A stretch of 64,000 nt of DNA from Candidatus Latescibacterota bacterium (GCA_965200315.1 OZ241362.1:3776001-3840000); one strand, 5' to 3'. Counted from the first letter of the stretch, positions 7,972 through 17,962 are shown. The notes: a model not told the origin generated them from the letters alone. Made by a program: numbers and translations.

Positions 7972-9267
7972 ATGAACTCAGAACACCACACCGTCATCGT
8001 CGTCGGCGGCGGCCCCGCGGGCCTGCCTTTAGCGGTCGTCTTGGGCGGCTGGCATCCTTTCTTCCGCAACAGCCGCATGTTTGCCACACGCTACGCGCCC
8101 CTAGCCGGATACTTGCAGCAGTTCGACCGCACCCTGTTGGGGCTAGACATGCAGTATCTCGTGCAGAGCGGCATCAAGCCCGTCGATCTGTTTCGCACCT
8201 TGCACCACCCGCGCCAGCTCTTTGAGGAACTGGACCAAGTCGCCATGGACTTTCGGCGCGGCGAGCCGCTTGATGTGCTGCTCATCAGCCGCGAGCCGGT
8301 CGGCGGCTTGTGGAACCGAGCGCCGCAAAACCTGCTGACCTTGTCGCCGGGCCAGTGGATGGAGTTTGCCTTTTATCCGCTGGCGCAACACGCCGCAGAA
8401 GTCGGGCGCACCTTAGACGTCAACGCCCTAATCCTCAAGACCGATCTGATTGACTACTATCACCGTGTGCCTGAGCGCTTTGGGGTGGCAGAGCGCATTC
8501 GCACCTTTGAGGAGGTCGAGCGGATTGAACCGCACGAAAGGGGCTTTCAGCTTGCCAGTCGGCACGTGCAAACGGGCGTTGAGCAGCACTACACTTGTAA
8601 GTACCTCGTCTTAGCAACCGGCCAGCGCGGTCGGTTGCGCTCCCTCGGCGTGGAGGGCGAGGACTGGCCTTTTGTCACCGCGCACTACGACAAGCCCGCA
8701 GACTTCCCCGGCGAGCGGGTGTTGGTCGTCGGCGGCGGGCGCTCGGGCGATTGGGCCGCGACCGAATTGCACGACGCCGGCAAGCAAGTGTACTACGCCA
8801 TGCGCCAAGGGCCAGCGGTCCATTGGCAGCTCATCAACGACAGCCGCCACGGGCTGCCCTATTACCAGCGCATCGCCGCAATCCTCGAAAGCCGCTCGCC
8901 CCGGCTCAAAACCTTGTATCACACCCATCTGACGCAGATTGCAGAGGACGGACGGGTCGGGCTGAAAAGTCCCGAGGGAAGCCAAGTGGTGGAGGTCGAT
9001 CACGTAATCAAGGAAATCGGCGGCACGGCCGACTATTCGATCTTGCAGGGCTTGGCACCGCTGACCCTGACGCCCATGCGCGACAACTACCGATTCCAAG
9101 TCGAGCAAGCCCAGACCCACGCCCACAGCTACGAGTCGATTGACGTTCCCAATCTCTATCTCGGCGGCTATCTCGCGGCCGGGATCGGACTCGTCGTCAT
9201 CGCCATGCACGGGACGACTTATGCGATTGCCGGGGATATTCTCCAAAAAGAGGGGCGGTGCTTGTAA
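7972..9267 (+). CDS. FAD/NAD(P)-dependent oxidoreductase, OSGIN-like flavoprotein
   Basis: Two Rossmann motifs (VVGGGPAG, VVGGGRSG), VLATG, GGLWN...TLSPGQWM. Confidence 0.8.
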   Translation: MNSEHHTVIVVGGGPAGLPLAVVLGGWHPFFRNSRMFATRYAPLAGYLQQFDRTLLGLDMQYLVQSGIKPVDLFRTLHHPRQLFEELDQVAMDFRRGEPLDVLLISREPVGGLWNRAPQNLLTLSPGQWMEFAFYPLAQHAAEVGRTLDVNALILKTDLIDYYHRVPERFGVAERIRTFEEVERIEPHERGFQLASRHVQTGVEQHYTCKYLVLATGQRGRLRSLGVEGEDWPFVTAHYDKPADFPGERVLVVGGGRSGDWAATELHDAGKQVYYAMRQGPAVHWQLINDSRHGLPYYQRIAAILESRSPRLKTLYHTHLTQIAEDGRVGLKSPEGSQVVEVDHVIKEIGGTADYSILQGLAPLTLTPMRDNYRFQVEQAQTHAHSYESIDVPNLYLGGYLAAGIGLVVIAMHGTTYAIAGDILQKEGRCL

Positions 9268-9397
9268 CTTTTCCCCGCCGCTGTCACTGCCCGAAGCGGG
9301 TGGTGCAGGTGCGCGAACCAGACCAGCGAGTGCAGTTTTAAGGGCGCACCGAAATTGTTGACGCGCAAAAATTGGGAGATGCAAAGGTTCATAGCTT

Positions 9398-10546
9398 TCA
9401 CTTTGCGGATGTTTGATAGGGCAATGGTTTTGGATCGAGCCATTCTACAATTCGATCTTTTATCGCCCAAGCAAAGAAGAAATTCCCGCGCGGCGTGTGA
9501 TGCCCGATATAATACGGTGCCAAAAACGTCTGTACATCCCCTCGATATGTCGCGTATTCTTCCCGAAAAGCATCGCGCAAATCGATCATTGGTACGTCCT
9601 TTGTCGCCAACCAATCCAAAAACGTCTGATCAAAAAGCGGCTCGCCCTTCAGGGCATTCGCTACATTGTGCGAACCAAATGACAAAATTACCAGCAGCTT
9701 TTTTCCATTGGCCTTTGTAAACGCCTCGGCCTTTTCAATCACAAACCGCGTTGCAAACAGAGCCGCTTCGGTATGCAGGCTATAAACCTCGGCATCTGAT
9801 CCCGCATTCTCCAGCTCTCCCCCCATACTTTGCGCCATTGCCGACGCATCTTCCACACTGCCCTTGCGCGCCATGACCGCGTGCAAAATCGGATCGTCGC
9901 CAAAAGTCTCCCACACCCAATCCGCATCGCATAACCGATAAAGTTCTTCGGGAGTCTTACACAAATTCTCGCGCTCTTCCACAGTTCCGCTTTCCAGATT
10001 CACGCACAAATGCGGCAGCGTAAACCGCCCCTGTCGTCCCATGCGAATGGACCGCCACGCATCCAAATTGCGAAAGTGATCGTCGTCCCACACGTTCAAA
10101 ATTACGTATTCGGCCGGATATTCCCTCTCCACAATTAACATTCGCCGATACGCCTGATACACACTGTGCCCGCCAATGCCGTAATTGCGAACGGGCTCCA
10201 GCAAATGCGCGGCCAAATACTCCTGCCATGTCTCCCCATTGCTAACCTGATCGCAATGCGTAAAGCTATTTCCATACGTATGGATGCGACACGGACGATC
10301 CGCGTAATTGACCGCTTGCCGCGCACCGTCTTTCTCGTACGCGTAAAACCCGCGCGAATCATCTACACCTCCACCGCGAAACCCATCACAAACCACCCAT
10401 CCGATCTCGGGATCAAACGCCGACTGTGCATTATTACACATAATCCTCGCCAACCCTGCCGGCACATCGGTCTTCTCAGGCGTCACAAAATGATCCACCA
10501 TCTGGCGAGTTGGCATAATCGATTCCAAATATTCGCGTCTTGGCAT
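9398..10546 (-). CDS. SGNH/GDSL-hydrolase-like hypothetical protein
   Basis: YGNSFT, RNYGIGG and GHHTPRGN blocks; AAGGAG RBS before MPRREY; lower GC than neighbours. Confidence 0.6.
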   Translation of the reverse strand: MPRREYLESIMPTRQMVDHFVTPEKTDVPAGLARIMCNNAQSAFDPEIGWVVCDGFRGGGVDDSRGFYAYEKDGARQAVNYADRPCRIHTYGNSFTHCDQVSNGETWQEYLAAHLLEPVRNYGIGGHSVYQAYRRMLIVEREYPAEYVILNVWDDDHFRNLDAWRSIRMGRQGRFTLPHLCVNLESGTVEERENLCKTPEELYRLCDADWVWETFGDDPILHAVMARKGSVEDASAMAQSMGGELENAGSDAEVYSLHTEAALFATRFVIEKAEAFTKANGKKLLVILSFGSHNVANALKGEPLFDQTFLDWLATKDVPMIDLRDAFREEYATYRGDVQTFLAPYYIGHHTPRGNFFFAWAIKDRIVEWLDPKPLPYQTSAK

Positions 10547-10728
10547 CGCGAGCTCCTTTTCCCTATTCCGGTTGCGGTTTGGTTCCCGCCAAAACCGCTG
10601 CCGGAGTCGTGCCAACAACGGTGTCATATTATTGTCTAGCGACTTGAGAGAGGACCCAAATGGTGCCTAATTTTTCCCATCCATTTGCTTTATTGCTGCC
10701 CGGAACTCGAAAGGAGATCCTCACTTCC

Positions 10729-11277
10729 ATGAATAATCTCAGGTATTCTCTCGCAGTCTTCTGCACACTTGCCCTGTTGCCCGCCCGCGGCTCCGCCGAC
10801 GAAGAGAGTGTACGGTCTGCCGTGATGGATCATTATCGAGCTTTTGCCGCCAAAAATCACGAAATACTGGGGCGCAGTTTTGCGCCGGGCTATACCATTT
10901 TCTCCTCATCTGGCGGTCTGCTCCGCGAAGGGTTCGATGGGGACCGCATGAAGTCCGGGTTCAAGGCCGGACTCACGTTCAACCTCAAACCCCGGCATAT
11001 CGAGGTGCAACTCTTCGAGAATACCGCTGTGGTGACAGGGTATCTGGATGCCAGAATCTCTAAGAAAAAAGAACGCAGTCGAATGCATACACTTCGTCTC
11101 TCCAGCGTGTGGGTCAAGCAGGCAGGAGGATGGCACCTTGCCCACGAGCACTTGTCGAGGTTGGTGCTGCGTTCCACATCTCCACCTGCTCGGCAGTCAG
11201 AAACAGTGGTTCAGGAGGATAAGCAAGGTATTGACTTTGAGACTTGGCTACTGACGTTTGCTGATATTCTGTTCTGA
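10729..11277 (+). CDS. Exported NTF2-like (DUF4440/SnoaL) protein
   Basis: Signal-peptide-like N-terminus; VQLFENTAVVTG...SSVWVKQAGGWHLAHEHLS. Confidence 0.75.
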   Translation: MNNLRYSLAVFCTLALLPARGSADEESVRSAVMDHYRAFAAKNHEILGRSFAPGYTIFSSSGGLLREGFDGDRMKSGFKAGLTFNLKPRHIEVQLFENTAVVTGYLDARISKKKERSRMHTLRLSSVWVKQAGGWHLAHEHLSRLVLRSTSPPARQSETVVQEDKQGIDFETWLLTFADILF

Positions 11278-11304
11278 TGCAGCACCCAATGGGCTACGTG
11301 CCAG

Positions 11305-11557
11305 TCAATATGAGAACGGCATCCGCAGCGGCGCCGTCCTTGCCGCCCTGTCGTACCACCCCTGAGCTGCGTAGTCGCTCATGTGGAGGTAGCACTTGAT
11401 GTTGACCTCCACCGTCCCTTCCGAAAACGTCAACAACCGGCTCATCGAAACATTCCTGTGGCCGTGCTCGAAATGGCCGCCACATTGACGAATTGGCACG
11501 AGCCAGATCCGTACCCACGTGTGCATCCCCACCCGCCCACAGCTTGAACGTTTTCAT
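11305..11557 (-). pseudogene. Metallophosphoesterase-like gene remnant with large internal deletion
   Basis: N-terminal MKTFKLWAGGDAHVG (DxH motif) joined out of frame to a C-terminal-looking segment SRLLTFSEG...CYLH...QGWY; translationally coupled to the upstream SBP gene. Confidence 0.55.
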
Positions 11558-11559
11558 CC

Positions 11560-13293
11560 TCACACCTGCGGCCGCAAGTTCAGCAGCACCAACAGCCAAG
11601 TGCGGCTCCAGTAAGCGCTGTTGATATAGGGGTTTTCCGCGCTGGGCCAGTTGGTCCAATAGGTCTCGTTGTGCGGGATGCGGTGCGGCCATTGGACGAG
11701 GGGGATGGAGGGCAACTCGGCCAGCCAAAGGTCCATGGCTTGGCGGTAGAGCTCGTCCATCTGTGGGGCGTCGGTTGGGGTCTGGCCCATCTGATCGAGC
11801 AGCGCGTCGTAGGCCGGGTTTTGCCAGCGCCAAGGCATGTCGGCTGGTTCGCCGGTGGGCTGGACAAAGCGGCTGTGGTACTGGCGCAGCACAAAATAGG
11901 GGTCGCGCATGGAGCTGAAGTTGCCGATTAGGTACGCCCGGGCCGTACCCTGGCGCAGGCGCGTGGTAAAGTCCGAGGTCATGCGGAAGGAGGCGTCAAT
12001 GCCGGCCTTTTTGAGCTGGGCGATGAGCACCGGCGTCAAATCCTGAAAGTGAGAGAAAATGTCGATGACCATGCGTAGAGGCTGCCCGTCCTTTTCCCAG
12101 AAGACCCCGTTGTGTTCGTAGCCTTTGCGGGCGAGAATCTCCGCGCTCTTTTCCAAATCAAAGACGCCCACTTGGTGCTTGGCGACCAAGTCATCGGCGA
12201 GGGTAAAATACCGACGCATCTGCGGGAGATCGGGCAAGGGCAGCAGGGTCCATGCACCAGAGTTTTGCCAGCCTATGGCTACGAGCTGTTCGCGGTTGAT
12301 GGCATAGTTGACCGCACGGCGCATCTCCGGGTCGGACCAAGGGGGCTCCAGCCCATTGAACCCCAGCGATATGGGCCACCAAGTGATGTAGCTGTATGGA
12401 GGCTCGCGGCCGGTCCAAGTCGTGATGTTGCGATTGCGCTCCAAGAGAGAGACTATGTTGGCCGGACGCAGCTCCAAGCAGGTGTCGATGTTGTTGGCGA
12501 TCAGGTTTTGTACGCGCTTGTGTTCCTCCATATAGGTCAGGTAGATCAGCCGCTCGACCTCGGGTAGATCCTGAAAGCCGAGCTTCTCAGCCCACCAGCC
12601 CTCGCGCAGATCCCAGATTCGTTGGGCCGGCTCCGAGCGCACAATCTGGTAGGGGCCGGTCAGTACCGGCCAGCCTTTTTGCAAGTCGAAGTTGGAAAAA
12701 GTCAGCGGGTCTTGGCCTTCCCAGATGTGCTTGGGCACAATGGGGACTCCTTGGTCGCCGCTGTGGACGAAGTAGCTGAAAAGGAAGCGCGGGTTGGACT
12801 TCTTGAGCGCGACGCGCGCCGTCAAGCTGTCGAGGGCGACCGCCTCTTGGACCCAAGTCGCCATATCCGTCGAGTACACGAGCTGGGGGGCGTGCTCCAC
12901 CAGCATGTTGATGGTAAAGGCAAAGTCGTGCGCCGACCAAGGATGCCCGTCGCTCCACTCGACGCCCGGACGAATTTTGACCACGAGTTCGGTGTAATCC
13001 TCGTTGAAATGGTGGCTCTCGGCGATCCAAGGTATGAGCTCGGAATTTTCCTCGTAGGCGTTGAAGAAGTAGAGCGGCTCATAGAGAAAGTTATATCCTA
13101 TGCGCGAAATGCTGCCCGGGATGAAGGGGTTGAAGGAGTTGTAATCTTGGATCTGGCCAGAGCAGGTATTGGCCTCGGCGCAATCCATGATCAAGGTCCG
13201 GTTGCGCGGCACCTTTTTGAGAGCATATCCGCCCTCCCCGCCACTACAGGCGATAAAGGGTACGGTCGCTAAAAGCAGGATATAAATAGGCAT
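11560..13293 (-). CDS. ABC transporter substrate-binding lipoprotein, family 5 (peptide/oligosaccharide)
   Basis: Lipobox FIAC, LYEPL, IRPGVEWSDGHPWSAHDFAFT, RRAVNYAINR. Confidence 0.9.
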   Translation of the reverse strand: MPIYILLLATVPFIACSGGEGGYALKKVPRNRTLIMDCAEANTCSGQIQDYNSFNPFIPGSISRIGYNFLYEPLYFFNAYEENSELIPWIAESHHFNEDYTELVVKIRPGVEWSDGHPWSAHDFAFTINMLVEHAPQLVYSTDMATWVQEAVALDSLTARVALKKSNPRFLFSYFVHSGDQGVPIVPKHIWEGQDPLTFSNFDLQKGWPVLTGPYQIVRSEPAQRIWDLREGWWAEKLGFQDLPEVERLIYLTYMEEHKRVQNLIANNIDTCLELRPANIVSLLERNRNITTWTGREPPYSYITWWPISLGFNGLEPPWSDPEMRRAVNYAINREQLVAIGWQNSGAWTLLPLPDLPQMRRYFTLADDLVAKHQVGVFDLEKSAEILARKGYEHNGVFWEKDGQPLRMVIDIFSHFQDLTPVLIAQLKKAGIDASFRMTSDFTTRLRQGTARAYLIGNFSSMRDPYFVLRQYHSRFVQPTGEPADMPWRWQNPAYDALLDQMGQTPTDAPQMDELYRQAMDLWLAELPSIPLVQWPHRIPHNETYWTNWPSAENPYINSAYWSRTWLLVLLNLRPQV

Positions 13294-13303
13294 CGACTAC
13301 TCT

Positions 13304-14068
13304 TTATTTGGTCGCTTGCAGGGCACAAGCGCGGCTTTGGGTTAAGGCGGCCACAGGGTCGGGAAGCTGGGGGCTAAGCTCAATGCTCGCTGGGCCGGCG
13401 TATGGGCTTAGGGCGAGAGCGGCGAACGTCGCAGCGAGCGACTCCTCGGTCAGCACTCCTTCCAGCAAGGACCAGTGCAAATCGGCCTCCCCGTCGTTGT
13501 CATCTAAATGCACGTATCCGAGCCGGTCTCCGGCGGCAGCTATGACCGCGGCCGGGTCTTCCTTGGACATCTGTAGGTGGCCGGTGTCGAGGAGCAAGTA
13601 GAGGTTGGGGTGATTTAGGCGAGACAGGAACTCCAAGGTCCCGGCCGCGGTCGGCAGTGCCTTGCCGGGGAAGTGCTCAACCCCTACGCGGATCGCGCAC
13701 GCGGCCGCGAAGTCCGCCACTTGCCCCAGGGCCTCCCCAAACTGGGGCAGAGCGGCTAGGTCAATCCCCGGGACTACGTACGCAGTGCCAGCACCGCGGT
13801 CGGCAGCGTGGTCCAGGGCCTCCCGGCAGTGGTCGAGGGCTGCTTGTTGCGCGGTGGCCGCGCCGTCGAGGGCCGCGCCGTCTTCCATGTTAAAGCACAG
13901 CGCGAGGCAGGACACCGACAGGCCGAGGTCGTCGATGCGCGCTCGCGACGCCGGGCTAACAAAGGTCTTCGCCTGCACGTCAATGGAGCGAAAGCCAATA
14001 GCGGCTAGCGCAGTAAGGGCGTCTTCTTCCGAGCCAGTCAAGGACCAAGCACAACAGGATAGCTCCAC
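13304..14068 (-). CDS. Sugar phosphate isomerase/epimerase (TIM barrel)
   Basis: VGVEH, LLLDTGH, YVHLDDNDG, SIEL metal ligands; GTG start after AAGGA. Confidence 0.85.
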   Translation of the reverse strand: MELSCCAWSLTGSEEDALTALAAIGFRSIDVQAKTFVSPASRARIDDLGLSVSCLALCFNMEDGAALDGAATAQQAALDHCREALDHAADRGAGTAYVVPGIDLAALPQFGEALGQVADFAAACAIRVGVEHFPGKALPTAAGTLEFLSRLNHPNLYLLLDTGHLQMSKEDPAAVIAAAGDRLGYVHLDDNDGEADLHWSLLEGVLTEESLAATFAALALSPYAGPASIELSPQLPDPVAALTQSRACALQATK

Positions 14069-14102
14069 GATTCGTTCCTTCCGGTAAGCGGATAAAACGT
14101 CT

Positions 14103-14911
14103 CTACCAAGCCGGTAGCGCGCCGTAGCACACGCGGCGGCTCTCCTCGACTTTGGCGAAACCGAGGCGAGCAAGGGCGTGGCCGGGCCGGCGGTCCTTCA
14201 TCACCACGCGGCGGCGGGCGACGCGACGGGCCTCGCCCAAATCCGCAGGCGATGGGCTGCCCCCCGGGCCAAGTAGCGGACCAGCTCTAAGCCCTGAGCG
14301 TCGGCAATAGTTTCGCTAAACATGGGGTCAAAGTAAACCACGTCCCAAGCGTCGTCGGCTTCGCGGCGCAGATAGTCAGCATAGTCGGCGTTTAGGACTT
14401 CGACGCGGCGCATGGCAGGGGCGAGGGTGGGTGGGGCGTCAATCACATAACCGGCCATGCCGCGCTCGACCAGCAGGGCCAACAGCGGCGAGGCTTCGAG
14501 GGTGCGAACGCGACCGGTTGCGCCAACTTTACAAGCGGCCACGATGGCGTCCGCACCCAGACCGCAGGTACAGTCGAGGACGCGGTCGCCTAATTTGAGC
14601 TGTAAGGCGTCAACCAAAATGTCGTGCTTGCCTTGTTCTAAAGCGAGGATCCGCAACTTGGCCATGTTGGGATGGTAGCGGAGGCACCGTCCGGCGATCC
14701 AAAGGGCGAGATTACCGCGCTCGACGACGATCAGGCCCGCGAGCCCCTCGTCTGCAGCCATTCCAGCGAGCGAGCGGTGGGCTCGAGGCACATAGCGATA
14801 GCCGGTTTCGCCGGCAAGGCAATGCACACTTGCAAGCTCCCGAGGGCTGGGACGCGAAGAGGTGGTTACGGCGAAGGCAAGCTGTGGTTCCGGTTTGCGG
14901 TTAGTCTGCAT
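14103..14911 (-). pseudogene. RsmJ/YhiQ-like SAM-dependent methyltransferase, frameshifted near the 3' end
   Basis: VLDCTCGLGADA and DVVYFDPMF motifs; the conserved ARRVARRRVVMK tail is in another frame after a G6 run at about 14260-14265. Confidence 0.75.
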
Positions 14912-14972
14912 ACGACGCTCTATCCGGCGCAACGGCCTTCAATCGTCGATAGTAGGACTGAGCCGTTGGGAC

Positions 14973-16271
14973 TTAGGCGGGGACAAAGCGCTCTAGTCGC
15001 CAGCGCTTGGCCCAAGTCTTTTCCAAGCGCACACACAGGCAGACGTCGTTGCCCCTATAAGTCTCTGTGAGGACCTGACCCTGCTGGTGCAAATAGGCCA
15101 AGAGCCGGCCTTCGGCTTGGGGAACCTGCAACTCCAAGGTGATGTCGCCAGCGACGCTGTATGTGCGGATTTTGTCGCGCAGTGCGTCGAGGTTGATGGC
15201 TCGGCGGGCCGAGACGGCGATGGCGTCTTCGCGGGCTGCGTACGCGGCCACGATCCGCTCTTCTTCGCCAGGGGCTGCTTGGTCGATTTTGTTGTACACC
15301 AGCAGGGTGGGGCTATCTGCAAGCCCGAGGCTGTGGAGAACTTCCTCGACCGTGGCGATCTGCGACTCGTAGTACGGAAAACTCAAGTCGATCACGTGGA
15401 GCAGCAAGTCGGCCTCTACGGCCTCTTCGAGGGTAGCGCGGAAAGAGGCAAACAGGTGGTGGGGCAGGCGGTTGATGAAGCCGACCGTGTCGGTGAGCAG
15501 AATCTTGTGGTTGCGGTCGAGGTCAACGGCGCGAGTGGTCGAGTCCAAGGTGGCAAAGAGCTGATCCTCAACTAGCACCTCTGCGCCGGAGAGCATCCTC
15601 ATCAGGGTGGATTTGCCGGCGTTGGTATAGCCTACGAGAGCTACCTTAAAAACATCCGCGCGATTTTTGCGGTTGGTCGCCATCTGCACGCCGATTTTGT
15701 CGAGCTTGGCCTCTAGGGAGTTGATCTGACGGCGAATCAGGCGGCGGTCGATTTCCAATTGGGTTTCGCCTGGGCCGCGGACGCCGGCTGCTCCCATGCC
15801 GCGGATGGCTCCGCCGCCGGCTTGGCGCGACAGGTGGGTCCAGTAGCGAGTCAGGCGCGGCAAGAGGTAGTTGAGCTGGGCCAGCTCGACTTGGAGCTGA
15901 GCCGTGTGGGTGCGAGCGTGGCGCGCGAAGATGTCCAAAATCACGGCGCTGCGGTCGAGAATGCGTCGCTTGGTGATGTGCTCCAAGTTGCGCATCTGGG
16001 CTGGCGAGAGGTCGTTGTCAAAGACGATCACATCGGCTTGGCACTGGGCTGCAAGCTGCTTGAGAGCGGCGGCCTTGCCCTTGCCGACGTAGTGGGCCGG
16101 ATCGATGTGGTCGCGCCGTTGGATCTGGCGCTCGGCCTCGACGAGGCCAGCGGTGGCGGCTAAGCGGCCGAGCTCGTCGAGGGAATGTTCGGCTTCCCAA
16201 GCCGGCATCGTGGGCAGGGCGACGCCGACGAGGATGGCGCGTTCTTGGCTCAGCGTGTGATTTACTTCCAT
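14973..16271 (-). CDS. hflX: GTPase HflX
   Basis: ILDIFARHA, GPGETQLEIDRR, GYTNAGKST, LFATLD, DTVGFI, NKID. Confidence 0.97.
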   Translation of the reverse strand: MEVNHTLSQERAILVGVALPTMPAWEAEHSLDELGRLAATAGLVEAERQIQRRDHIDPAHYVGKGKAAALKQLAAQCQADVIVFDNDLSPAQMRNLEHITKRRILDRSAVILDIFARHARTHTAQLQVELAQLNYLLPRLTRYWTHLSRQAGGGAIRGMGAAGVRGPGETQLEIDRRLIRRQINSLEAKLDKIGVQMATNRKNRADVFKVALVGYTNAGKSTLMRMLSGAEVLVEDQLFATLDSTTRAVDLDRNHKILLTDTVGFINRLPHHLFASFRATLEEAVEADLLLHVIDLSFPYYESQIATVEEVLHSLGLADSPTLLVYNKIDQAAPGEEERIVAAYAAREDAIAVSARRAINLDALRDKIRTYSVAGDITLELQVPQAEGRLLAYLHQQGQVLTETYRGNDVCLCVRLEKTWAKRWRLERFVPA

Positions 16272-16475
16272 GCGGGCTTCTTTGGTGATGGTACAGCGCA
16301 TCAAACACAAACAGAACGCATCACTTTGTCAACACTGCCAAGGCGTTTCTGCGACTCCAATACACGGAATGAACTGTTGAGATAAAATAGTCGCCTTTGG
16401 AGTAACCATCGCCAATTTTGTCGTCCCTGTGGGCAAACGAGGTGCAGCGGTGTGTTTCTAACTCGTCGTTTAACA

Positions 16476-16504
16476 TTGACTTTTTAAAAAGTTAAACTTA
16501 TGGT
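16476..16504 (+). promoter_or_regulatory. Sigma70-like promoter overlapped by a palindromic operator
   Basis: TTGACT, 17 bp, TATGGT; TTGACTTTTTAAAAAGTTAA is an almost perfect 20-bp palindrome. Confidence 0.6.
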
Positions 16505-16738
16505 AGTAGCCTTGTTTTGCAAACGATTGCTTTCTATCGAAATACGGGCCACCTCCCAACGCCTGCTCTGCCTTTACACCTAGTCTATTCGCATTCCCAA
16601 TAACATAGCCTACCCATTTAGCCCCGTGGACTTGCCGATGAGTCTGCGGGTCGCAATCATCTCTACGTCTTGGGGAAGCGGTGATGATGATGGCCCAAAT
16701 TTTTATTGCCGTCTGTCAGAGGCAAAAGAGGACTGACC

Positions 16739-17962
16739 ATGGGCAAACACCGCGGCGGAAATGCTAATGAGGACCTGTTGCGAGACTTGCGGCTCGCGGT
16801 TTGGCGGCACAAAAAACCAGAGGGCGAATTCATAATCCTGGCTCAGATTCGTCAGACTTTGGACCGCGCCGGAGTCGCTTACGACGATTGCCGGTTGTAC
16901 CGAGTGCAAGCTGACAGCGGCGAATGCGCGATGCGCGTCCATCCCTTGACAGCCGATGGGCATTGGTCCTCGCTAACCCAAGGACAGCAGTGGGTGCTGG
17001 GAGCGTGGAAATCAGCCGCGACCTGCTATCGAGCGCCGAGCCGCCACGGCGAATGCGCTTGGCTAGCCCAGCAGATGCGTTGCAATGTCAAAGCCATCCT
17101 CGAAACGACCTTTGATCAAGGCGTCCTAGCCGTTTATCGCAAAGAAGCTATCGCCTGTAGCAACGCGGACATCAACTTGTTCAAGGGCTTAGGCGAAGTC
17201 CTCAGCGGGCTATACTACCGACAAGAAGCCCTAGCGCAGTTGCAGACCAAAGAAGCCCAGCTACGCCAAGCGCAGAAATTGCAGGTGATGGGACAATTGA
17301 CGACCGAGTTCGCCGGCGAAATCAACCAACACTTAGAGGTGATCATCGGCGAGACCAGCCTGCTGCGCAAAGGCGACTTAGCACCCGCTGTCGGCGATGG
17401 CGTACAAGCCGTGTACGAGGCCGGCCTCCAAGCGCACAGTACCAGCGAGCGGCTGTTGACGTGTACGCGCCAGCAGAAGCCCCGGAAAGAGTGGATCAAC
17501 TTCACCGGCCTCGTACAGGAGACAGTCCGGCTGCTGCGCCGCACGCTCCTGCAAGACCAAATCAAAATCGCCGAGGACCTAGCCCCGAACTTGCCCCATA
17601 TCAAGGCTCACGCCGGCCAGCTCCAACAGGTCGTCCTCAATCTCATCCAAAACAGCCGCGACGCCATCAAGCAGACGCACGGCACCGGGCGGATCGCGCT
17701 GCGGCTATCGACCCGCCAAGGGTGGCTCTTGTTGAAGGTCGAGGACAATGGGTCGGGCATTCCCGAGGGAATCCGGGCCGATATTTTTGCGCCGTTCTTC
17801 ACGACCAAGGCGTCGAGCCAGCACAGCGGATTGGGACTGAGCGTATGCGCGGGCATTGCCCGCGAACACCGCGGCCACCTATTCGTCGAAAACCGCACTC
17901 AAGGCGCCTGTGTAGTCTTGGAACTGCCCATCAATCCGCGCACCGCCTTAGTAAACGACTGA
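16739..17962 (+). CDS. Orphan sensor histidine kinase-like protein with degenerate H-box
   Basis: N box QVVLNLIQNSRDA, G1 VEDNGSGI, F box FAPFFTTK, G2 GLGLSV; H-box reads FAGEINQHL. Confidence 0.85.
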   Translation: MGKHRGGNANEDLLRDLRLAVWRHKKPEGEFIILAQIRQTLDRAGVAYDDCRLYRVQADSGECAMRVHPLTADGHWSSLTQGQQWVLGAWKSAATCYRAPSRHGECAWLAQQMRCNVKAILETTFDQGVLAVYRKEAIACSNADINLFKGLGEVLSGLYYRQEALAQLQTKEAQLRQAQKLQVMGQLTTEFAGEINQHLEVIIGETSLLRKGDLAPAVGDGVQAVYEAGLQAHSTSERLLTCTRQQKPRKEWINFTGLVQETVRLLRRTLLQDQIKIAEDLAPNLPHIKAHAGQLQQVVLNLIQNSRDAIKQTHGTGRIALRLSTRQGWLLLKVEDNGSGIPEGIRADIFAPFFTTKASSQHSGLGLSVCAGIAREHRGHLFVENRTQGACVVLELPINPRTALVND

